The notes under the pieces were generated by a model. That model did no database searches. It was not told the DNA's origin and saw only the letters and a program-made list of their open reading frames with translations. A stretch of DNA of 64,000 bases from Opitutia bacterium. Lineage in GTDB: Bacteria; Verrucomicrobiota; Verrucomicrobiia; Opitutales; T3Sed10-336. The position numbers and the translations under genes were made by a program. Below, in pieces: positions 1 to 8,000 of this stretch (the stretch's first letter is position 1; each line of letters starts with the position of its first letter). Location: the NCBI GenBank assembly GCA_050506795.1, contig JBJHCF010000007.1, positions 1 to 64,000 on the forward strand. Direction: 5' to 3'.

Positions 1-125
1 TCTCATACAGTTGACCACCGCCTCGCCGCCTCCACTGCGCGACCGTTCAGAGGAGCCCGGTGCGAGAAAACCGCACGCCGGGATCTGCGAGGGGGCTCGT
101 CGGAAACGGCGAGTCCTACCTTAAT
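1..125 (+). mobile_element. 3' end of a group II intron (domains V and VI); the 5' part and any RT ORF lie upstream of the window
   Basis: 53-85 GAGCCCGGTGCGAGAAAACCGCACGCCGGGATC folds as DV (AGC triad, AC bulge). 90-122 forms a DVI hairpin (AGGGGGCTCGTCG-GAAA-CGGCGAGTCCT-A-CCTT) with bulged A118, 8 nt from a terminal AAT at 123-125. Confidence 0.85.
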
Positions 126-140
126 GCAGAAAAGAAACTT

Positions 141-509
141 ATGAGCTACGCAATAGGACTCACATCGGCCTTGCTCCTCATCGTATCCAGTGGATGCGAC
201 CACGGGACCGATCGGAAAGAATGGTCAGAGCCAGTGTTACCTCAAGAAACGGCAGAAACAGCCGATCTAACCGAAGCTATTTCGCTCAGCCTGGCCGAGC
301 TGGAGACCCGTTCTGAGAAGCCATCAGATTACATTCTGATCAAGGCGGAGCAGATCCTCGTGAACAACAAGTTTATCTGGCGTATCACCTTCAAGCCTAA
401 GGAACTCCTACCCGCTGATCCTTCGAGTGAGGTGATTGGAGTGGGTGGTGAGATATTTGTCAATGTTGACCCCGACACTAAGGAAACTACCCTAAGGCAC
501 GGGGAATAG
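141..509 (+). CDS. Hypothetical lipoprotein, integron cassette gene
   Basis: ATG 141 in frame with track ORF 60-509; signal peptide with lipobox-like LLLIVSSG-C; followed by attC-like site. Confidence 0.7.
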   Translation: MSYAIGLTSALLLIVSSGCDHGTDRKEWSEPVLPQETAETADLTEAISLSLAELETRSEKPSDYILIKAEQILVNNKFIWRITFKPKELLPADPSSEVIGVGGEIFVNVDPDTKETTLRHGE

Positions 510-512
510 AAT

Positions 513-596
513 TGTGAACCAGACGGAGATTCCAACGGAATAACACGCCGGTGTTGAGCGGACGCAACAGGTCCGTGGCATTCCTCCACGTCTGCA
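513..596 (+). other. attC-like recombination site 1 (degenerate)
   Basis: R'' TGTGAAC just after stop; imperfect inverted arms GGAGATTCCAACGGA (525-539) / TCCGTGGCATTCCTCC (572-587); R' GTCTGCA (GTTCTGC minus one T). Confidence 0.6.
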
Positions 597-630
597 AGAA
601 TGAAAAACAATTAACCGACAAAACATTATT

Positions 631-1149
631 ATGCAATATTTAATTCTCCAAAAGAATTCGCGAGTCGTAATGATTTGCGGCGTAACCGTGACCATTTTTC
701 TCTTAGTGTATATTTTTGCATTTGACACTTCACGCATCTCGTCACATCACTCTTTAATTCAAATCGATCTCGCAGGATTCTCCGACGACTCAAAAAAAGC
801 AGCCGAAATCGATAGGATCGTAGAGACCTTTTCCGTGTGGGCGAGTGATACGGGATTCAGACCTGTCACAGAACCGAACGAGAATACTCGTTTATCCGTC
901 TTCAAAACCGAGAACGATGAGGGTTTATCAGTCCATTACATAGAATCTCGCGAAGGAATGTCAGACTCAACAGAATGGCAGAAAGAAGCCGTGTTATTCT
1001 CCTACTTAGGTAATCGTCGTATTACTATATCTATTAGCGAAGGTTTGAGTAAAGAACCAACGCTGGAACTGCATCGCATGCACGACGATTTACTCATGCG
1101 ATTAAATGTGAGGAATCCCGGGAAGGTATCACATGCGACGATATGGTAG
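631..1149 (+). CDS. Hypothetical protein with N-terminal membrane anchor, AT-rich cassette gene
   Basis: 172 aa ORF, hydrophobic N-terminal segment, bounded by attC-like sites. Confidence 0.65.
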   Translation: MQYLILQKNSRVVMICGVTVTIFLLVYIFAFDTSRISSHHSLIQIDLAGFSDDSKKAAEIDRIVETFSVWASDTGFRPVTEPNENTRLSVFKTENDEGLSVHYIESREGMSDSTEWQKEAVLFSYLGNRRITISISEGLSKEPTLELHRMHDDLLMRLNVRNPGKVSHATIW

Positions 1150-1170
1150 CGAGTAATAATCAAAAATGGA

Positions 1171-1236
1171 GCAGAACCATTCAGTGGACTCAACGAGATG
1201 GGCTGGCGCCAATCGCGAGTCACCTCTACGCTCTAC
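1171..1236 (+). other. attC-like recombination site 2 (degenerate)
   Basis: R'' GCAGAAC; L'' GTGGACTCAACGAGAT pairs with L' ATCGCGAGTCAC with an extra-helical G; R' GCTCTAC. R'' is complementary to the GT(T)CTGC at the start of the same cassette, as expected for a circularisable cassette. Confidence 0.75.
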
Positions 1237-1518
1237 TTCCGCGTCTTCGAGCGAGACGGCTGGTATAACGCCCTGGCCAAGTACATCAATGATGGAGGTG
1301 TGATGTATCGCTCGCGAGATCCATTAAGCGGATTTGAACAAGGGCAGCGCATACTGCCGCGCGTGCGCCACATGGTGTTGTGGGAGCACGACGACATGCT
1401 CTACGTGTTCTTCTCACGCGGTAGGGACGAGCCAGAGCACATAATGGTCTCGCGGATCGAAAACCTTGATGATGTCTGGGAGGACTGGCAGTCACTGTGG
1501 TCGACGAATGAGGTCTGA
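1231..1518 (+). pseudogene. Internal gene fragment (YFRVF-containing, possibly beta-propeller/hydrolase-like), no own start
   Basis: Protein-like LYFRVFERDGWYNALAK...RVRHMVLW...LYVFFSRGRDEPEHIMVSRI begins abruptly at the attC boundary; the track ATG lies inside the attC. Confidence 0.4.
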
Positions 1519-1533
1519 TTCACCCTATCTCCG

Positions 1534-1734
1534 GGCCGAACCATACAGCGGGTTGTTGAAGCAGCATTGTCCGACCCAAGGGTGCCGTTCGTTATGGTCT
1601 GCGCTCGATTCGACAACCTCGCATCGCAGCGCGCCTTTGCCAAAGCGGGTTTTCGCACTGTTCGGGTGTTCGACGACGTCCCGAACGGGCGATACGCACT
1701 TATGGTGCGTGACTACCCGGAGGCCACTGAAACT
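1534..1734 (+). pseudogene. C-terminal fragment of a GNAT N-acetyltransferase
   Basis: DNLASQRAFAKAGF matches GNAT motif B (N.AS...f.k.GF); N-terminal half with the acetyl-CoA motif is missing; in frame with the downstream methyltransferase. Confidence 0.55.
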
Positions 1735-2598
1735 ATGAAAGAGCCCAATCCCCGTTTCTGGGACATTTTCTTTGAGGTCTACGAAAGCCTGCCCCGCCAA
1801 GGCCCCGGCAACCGTTCCTGTGTCGCCAGTGCTCTCGGCCTTTGCCACGAGCTGCCTCAATTCCCCGCGATCCTCGACCTGGGGTGCGGTGTTGGCGGAC
1901 AGTCCGTCCAGCTCGCCGAACTTACCTCGGGTTCTATCGTGGCAATCGACATTCATGCTCCGAGCATCGAGCGGCTGCGGGCGTCCATCGCGGAGCGTAG
2001 GCTCTCGCAGCGCATCAGTGCGATCGTTGGAGATATTGCCAGTCTAAAGCAACCCCATGAAAGTTTCGATCTCGTCTGGTCCGAAGGCGCGCTCTACAAC
2101 ATTGGTCTCCGGAACGCCATACACGTCTGCCATGGATTACTGCGCCCCGGCGGCTACCTTGCGTTTACTGATGCAGTTTGGCGCAAGGAGAATCCGCCTG
2201 CTGCAGTCAAGGCCAGTTTCGACCTGGACTATCCGACAATGGGATGGCTGGATGATGTTGTGGCAACGGTAACAAACTCCGGATTCGAACTCGTCGGGCA
2301 CTTCACCTTGCCTGATGAAGCGTGGTGGAACGACTTCTACACTCCAATGGAGACTCGTATTGCGGAGTTGCGCTGCAAATACGCTAACGATGTTGAAGTC
2401 TCGGCCATACTCGACAAACTCGCTGAGGAGCCCGAGATGCACCGCCGCCATTCCGACTACTATGCCTATGAGTTCTTTGTGGCACGCCGCCCCCTTGCAC
2501 AGTCGTCGACCGAGGTGATCGAACTGCTCGAACAAGGCGCACCAGAGGATGCGGACAAGCCGCGCTGCTCAGCTTTGACGATCAACAAATCGCCTTAG
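1735..2598 (+). CDS. Class I SAM-dependent methyltransferase
   Basis: ILDLGCGVGGQS motif I, FDLVWSEGALY, LRPGGYLAF; GGAGG RBS at 1719-1723 before ATG 1735; C-terminus reads through attC. Confidence 0.9.
   Translation: MKEPNPRFWDIFFEVYESLPRQGPGNRSCVASALGLCHELPQFPAILDLGCGVGGQSVQLAELTSGSIVAIDIHAPSIERLRASIAERRLSQRISAIVGDIASLKQPHESFDLVWSEGALYNIGLRNAIHVCHGLLRPGGYLAFTDAVWRKENPPAAVKASFDLDYPTMGWLDDVVATVTNSGFELVGHFTLPDEAWWNDFYTPMETRIAELRCKYANDVEVSAILDKLAEEPEMHRRHSDYYAYEFFVARRPLAQSSTEVIELLEQGAPEDADKPRCSALTINKSP
2527..2586 (+). other. attC-like recombination site 3 (degenerate R')
   Basis: CTCGAAC-AAGGCGCACCAGAGGATGCGG-ACAAG-CCGCGCTGCTCAGCTTT-GAC-GATCAAC; 60-bp layout of classical short attC sites, with GTT changed to GAT. 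Confidence 0.75.
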
Positions 2599-2657
2599 AC
2601 AATGCCGTGAGGCTGGTGCCTCTCAGGATACCTATCAACATTCAACATGAATAGAAT

Positions 2658-3065
2658 ATGGAACCGGTACTAATCGTTATTGGGATTGTTATCCTCGCAG
2701 TCGTGATTCGTTTAATTGCAGGGTCCTTCGACGGGGAGCGCGTTGAGCGTTATCTGCGCGATCAGGGATTCGAACTGGTAGATCGAAGTTGGGCCCCTTT
2801 CGGTCCAGGCTGGTTTGGCGAAAAGGATTCAAGGATTTACGAAATTATCTACAAGGATCGCGATGGAAGGGTTCATCGCGCGCATGTAAAAACATCGATG
2901 ATGAGTGGAGTCTACCTCACTCACGACCGAATTGTAGAGGATGTGACGAAACTCTCGGTTGATGAAGAGAAGGCGGCCCTGCGAAAACGCCTCGCCGAAC
3001 TTGAAGGCGAACCAGGCAGAGATAGCAGTGCGGAGAGGCGGATCGATGATGATCGGGTGCCCTAG
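2658..3065 (+). CDS. Small hypothetical membrane protein, cassette gene
   Basis: N-terminal TM helix, WAPFGPGWFGEK motif, coiled-coil tail; reads into attC-like site. Confidence 0.75.
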   Translation: MEPVLIVIGIVILAVVIRLIAGSFDGERVERYLRDQGFELVDRSWAPFGPGWFGEKDSRIYEIIYKDRDGRVHRAHVKTSMMSGVYLTHDRIVEDVTKLSVDEEKAALRKRLAELEGEPGRDSSAERRIDDDRVP

Positions 3066-3091
3066 GCGACGTGCCTGTCGAAACGTTTGGC
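3006..3091 (+). other. attC-like recombination site 4 (decayed arms)
   Basis: R'' GGCGAAC, R' GTTTGGC followed by AGA; residual pairing CAGGCA/TGCCTG. Confidence 0.5.
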
Positions 3092-3502
3092 AGACGAGGA
3101 CGATAGGACTTGCCGTAATCAATGGTAAATCACCTTGGAATTCCAACAGAACTTGGAATTTTTCCGGTTCCACTATCCAATTGCGCACAAAGCGGGAAGC
3201 GCATCGGTGCCGAACCGAAAACTTTTTGTGATCGGAACTATAACGTCTTTTACTGATCGAATGCCGGTCGGTGAAAGTCGAACATGCAGCAAGCGCAAAG
3301 AAGATTGTCAAAGTCGTTTCCTGATCAGTAATCAGATACTTGATTCGGATGATGTGTTTCTGAGTAAGACCTCTAGTTTGACCGAGTGAATTTTTCCTGG
3401 ATGGCACCTATCCTTTGATTTTCGATTGACGGTCTCCGGAGAGGTTGTGTCAATCCCTTCAGACCCAGAGTCTTGTTGTCGCAGTTGACACAAAGGAACC
3501 AA

Positions 3503-4861
3503 ATGAAGCTCAAAGCGTTTAGCGGTGATTTAAAAACGGTGGATTATGTCGATTTTATGATGCTCGACATTTATGGCAGTATTCGCTCTGTCACGATACC
3601 AAAAGGACATGTGAGTGCGGAGATGCTCGAGGAGGGAATCGGATTTGACGCCTCGAATTACGGATTTGCCGACGTGTCGCAGTCCGACATGGTGGCGATC
3701 CCCGATTTGGAGACGGCCTTCGCCGAAGATCGCCCGGATGGAACCATTCTGCATACGCTCTGCAATGTTCGTGCTATGGATGGTTCGGTTTTCGAGTTTT
3801 ATCCGAGAAACGTGATCGCCAATGCAATGAAACAAATGCGGTCGAAAGGGTATGCGGATGACGCCCGGGTATTGATGGAGATCGAGTTTCACGTTCTCGA
3901 GGACGTCAACTATGCGACCGACTTTGCCCACTCCTATTTTCGCCTGCAAAGCGCAGAAGGAATCGGTCCCGATTATTACGACCTTCCCCGGTTTAACATT
4001 CATCGCGGGTATCATCGAAGTTACCCCGACGATCGTTACTTCGATTTGCGCAACGAGATGGTGAACGCCCTTACGGCAATCGGTATTCCCATCAAATACC
4101 ACCATCATGAGGTCGGTGCAGCGCAGTTGGAGTTGGAGTTCGACTTCCTGTCCGCCGAAGACGCAGCGGACAAAGTGGCGATCGCAAAGTGGGTCCTTCG
4201 CAATATCGCGAAGGAGAACAACGTCTTTGTGACTTTTATGCCGAAGCCGATCAACAAGACCCCCGGAAACGGAATGCACGTCCACCAGTTTCTGGTGAAG
4301 GGGGGAAAGTCGATCTTTCCCGGCGACCAGATCTTCGGCTTGAGCACCCGGGCTCTGCAATACACGGCCGGGTTGCTGGAGCACAGTTTGACCGGGTCGC
4401 TTCTTGCGTTCTCCAATCCCAGTACAAACTCATTCAAGCGGTTGGTTCCGGGTTTTGAAGCGCCGGTTAGCGCTACCTTCGCGAAGGCGTCTCGTGAGGC
4501 TGCCGTACGCATCCCCGGATACCTCAAAAAAGGCACAGAACGGATTGAATACCGCACAGGTGACGCGACGGCGAACTGTCACTTCATGCTGGCGGCTATG
4601 ATCCTGGCTGGTTTGGACGGGATCGAGCGAAAACTTGATCCGGTCGCGGCCGGTTATGCCAGTGCCGAAGGCGCGGAGAACCGTCGGTTTCCGCTCACTC
4701 TCCGGACTGTTCTCGATGGATTGCAGAAGGACAACAATTATCTCCAACCAGTATTCCCCCGGGAACTGATCGATCTCTGGACTTCGATGAAGCTGGAGGA
4801 GGCGAGACACGTGTACCACGCTCCCACCCCGGAGGAATACGAGTTGTATTTCAATGCCTGA
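3503..4861 (+). CDS. glnA: Type I glutamine synthetase
   Basis: GFDAS, HHHEVG, TFMPKP..GNGMHVHQ, KRLVPGFEAP, RIEYR motifs; AAAGGA RBS before ATG 3503. Confidence 0.92.
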   Translation: MKLKAFSGDLKTVDYVDFMMLDIYGSIRSVTIPKGHVSAEMLEEGIGFDASNYGFADVSQSDMVAIPDLETAFAEDRPDGTILHTLCNVRAMDGSVFEFYPRNVIANAMKQMRSKGYADDARVLMEIEFHVLEDVNYATDFAHSYFRLQSAEGIGPDYYDLPRFNIHRGYHRSYPDDRYFDLRNEMVNALTAIGIPIKYHHHEVGAAQLELEFDFLSAEDAADKVAIAKWVLRNIAKENNVFVTFMPKPINKTPGNGMHVHQFLVKGGKSIFPGDQIFGLSTRALQYTAGLLEHSLTGSLLAFSNPSTNSFKRLVPGFEAPVSATFAKASREAAVRIPGYLKKGTERIEYRTGDATANCHFMLAAMILAGLDGIERKLDPVAAGYASAEGAENRRFPLTLRTVLDGLQKDNNYLQPVFPRELIDLWTSMKLEEARHVYHAPTPEEYELYFNA

Positions 4862-4971
4862 CCCGGCTCGGAAACACCTGCCATTTGGCGTTGTGGTTCC
4901 CGGCGGCGGGATCGTTTGGTAAACCGAATCCAAATAGGAATTGCGCGAGCACACGTGTACGGCGCTCCCAC

Positions 4972-5014
4972 GCCGCCGGTACGGGCAGAATTCCAGCACT
5001 CCCGAACCGGCGGC
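4972..5014. terminator. GC-rich hairpin between convergent glnA and cotH-like genes
   Basis: GCCGCCGGTACGGG / CCCGAACCGGCGGC, 14-bp stem with one mismatch; no clear U tract. Confidence 0.35.
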
Positions 5015-5095
5015 ATGCGGACCCATGGCGCTCCAGGGAACGGCCGATGCGATTCAGCTGTTTCGACAAACGGCCTCGCCCGGGCACCACCCGGT

Positions 5096-8000
5096 TTAAG
5101 GTTGAACAGGAAACAGGACCTTAACCCTGAAAGATCGATGCGGGTCTTCTCCCGGTGTGTAGCCAGTGTTTACGCGCAGAGTTCCGTTCTGAATGGAATC
5201 AGGGACGTCGACTCGGCTATCAAAAATCGATTGACTCCAGTCGACCTGATCAGACGACGCGTGCACGACATAGGCAATATCGGAACGATTCCCGGGATAG
5301 GCGAACAGGAGCGTGGCCTCGCCGTCGTCCCCTATTTCCAGACGCGGCAATCCGGCTCGGGAAAGTGTACCGAAACCGAGATCAAAAGCATAGCGCAGAA
5401 GATTGGCTATTCCGATCCGCCCTGGATCGGCCGCAGGGCCGGAAATTCCGGGATCCGCGAGATCGGCCGGATCGGGGAACGCCATTTGCCGCCAGTCTCC
5501 GTAAGTCATCGCGCTGCTGAGGTAATCGACCGCGAAGGACTGCGCATCCAGTCCGTGACTCGGGCTGACAGTGCCATCAACGGCCTCTGAGGCTCGGTAC
5601 ACGTTCAAAAGCGCCCCATCCCGAAGTCCGCGCTCCTCGATTCGACGAATCCCCTGATCGAGTGCGTTTGGAAGTATAATACCCCAGTGCCTTTCGTTGA
5701 CCGCCACAATCTGGTCATAGAAGGTCGCATAACGCTCGTCCGTCCCGCTTCCCGTGATCTCCACGGGAACGGCCGCCAACGGACGTCCTTCGCCGTCTTC
5801 GTTGTCGTAAAACACAACAAAATTCCGGCTGGGGGAAACTGTTTCTCCCATAAAGCCACTTCCCTCCTCCAAACCGGATCCGAACGGGAGGACGGTGACA
5901 GGGAGCTCAGTGGTGAGATAATGGTGCAGTTCCTGCCCGTCGTCACCGTCGTTAAGAAGCAGGCGCACGAACACGGTCCCGCCTGGTGTAAACCGAGCGT
6001 TTCCTGACGGTTCGGTAACAAACCATCCCGCATAGGTTCCATCCGCGTCAGCGGTAAAGGTCAAGTGCCGCGAGCCATGGTCATCCGGTTGAAACCGGGG
6101 CGAGTCGGTATTGCGTATCCAGTCGGAGTTTTCGCCGGTAATCAGGATGGCATTTCCCGCGCCGTTCTGGTCGAGCGGGTCGTCCGGTACCACTATCCGG
6201 TTACCGTAGCGATAGGTGGACTCCGGGGTGAGCCCTTCTATTCGGAGGCGGAAAGCAAAAGGAATACGATCAAAATTGTCACCGCCGGCATCCTGATCGC
6301 CCTGTATGAAGAGAGGCATAATCTCCTCCCTAACCAGGACCGCCTGCACGGAAATAGTATCCTCCGATTCCAGTCCCCCGCCGGTGACGGTCAACGTGTA
6401 GACTCCCGGACTGCCGAATCGCACGTCGTCGAACACCGCCCTGCCCGCCTCCATGGGCGACGACAACGTTCCCGAGAGTTCCCCGGGACCGGAGGTGCGG
6501 GAAAGTGTCACCTCCTCCTCAAATGTCGGGTCCACCGCTCCATTATCCAGGAGAGCCTCGACGACAAAAGGGAACGTCGGGCGGTCCACCTGGACCGCGG
6601 CGGGCGCGGACTCAATTGCCAGTTTCGAGGCGACCGGCGGCACGGTTCCCTCCATGGGCACGGCTTCCAGAACGACATTATCAAAACGGTTGTTTCCGGA
6701 CGTTCCGGAAGCTTCCACACCCGTAAACCGGATACGTATGGCAAAGTCCGAATTGTCGTTCGCCGCGTGAACACCGGAAAAATCAAATTCCAGCACACGG
6801 TAGTCTTCAGTGACATTAATGGCATCGTGTTGCAGCGGCGTCCAATCCGCCTGGCCGGAAACCGTCCTGTATTCGATGGCCTGACCACGCGCACCGTTGG
6901 GCGTCCGCCGCACCGCGTAACTGAATCGAACCTGCTCATACCCGGTGGTGGGAAGATTAAACTGCAGCGTGCGGCTGTCGGAAGGATTACGGACGCGCAA
7001 CCCCTGGCCCGCGGAAGCCCCGAGGCGCGCATTCAGGTCCGTACCATCGGTATCGTCCATGTATCCCTCTCCCGTTCCCGGATGAGTGATCAACCCTGTG
7101 CCGGTGATGCTGTGGTCAGCCGGAACTTCCGACACCACGCCCCCGGTCAGCTCATTGAAGTGCCAGTAATGCAACGCAACCGGGGAAGCGGCTTCTACAA
7201 AAACCGCGGTCAAGGTTGTATTTTCCACAAGGTCAATGTTCACCGTGCGCAACCGCCGTGTTCTATCCGTCAATTCCTCCCAATGGGAAAAGCGGTATCC
7301 GGGGCGAGCCTGAGCTGTTACCTCAATAGGAACCTCCTGGAAATAACTCCCGGTCCATGGATAGGCCGAAGCACTGACTCCCGGAGTTCCGTAATCCACA
7401 TCAACCGAATTCACCCGAACGAAACCGGCGTCCGGATCCGAAACATTGAGGGTCAGCGCATTTTGGGAAAGGCTGAACTTCCCTCGCAGGTGTCCCCAGA
7501 CGTAAGCGGGACGCTGATTGGCGAAGTTCCTCATGTTATTGACGTGTCCCGACCAGTTCCCGGGACTCCCCCATCGATCCGCGTGATGAACGATTTCATC
7601 AGCCAGTCCGGCCTGCATCTCGTCGATTACACCGATCACGCGTTCGGGTAAAAACGCGGTGTTTAGCAAGTCGGCGAAACGATTAACGAATTCCTCCCGA
7701 AACTCCTGGTTCTCCAGGAGCTCCCGTAGGAGGAAGGTCGAAGCCGAACCGCGCCACCATTCGCTCGAAGTTTCGGTAACCGCTTCCAGAAGATTATAGG
7801 ATGCGCCGCGGCTATGACCGAATCCGAAATCGGTGTCAAAGAGGAGCCAACGCCAGCGGCCGTCGTGACCGTGGGGAGCAAAGGGATCGTATTCCTCCGC
7901 CTGGAAACGCCAGAAATCGTTATTGTTATTCGGCCAATCCGAATTGTTCACAAAAATCTGGGCGACATTGTAGTCGATGAAATTCCCGATATCGATGCGG

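Noticed and set aside
60..140. N-terminal extension of ORF 60-509
   Set aside because: It is intron DV/DVI sequence; ATG 141 gives a proper lipoprotein signal
513..3091. CRISPR array or IS interpretation of the repeated palindromes
   Set aside because: The repeats are non-identical and separated by whole genes, with no cas or transposase; they fit attC architecture
3135..3389. 84-aa ORF and overlapping 2829-3407 reverse ORF
   Set aside because: No recognisable motifs or RBS; likely the non-coding glnA upstream region
3401..3420. TGGCAC as a sigma54 promoter for glnA
   Set aside because: No TTGC at the required -12 spacing (TGGCAC-CTATC-CTTT)
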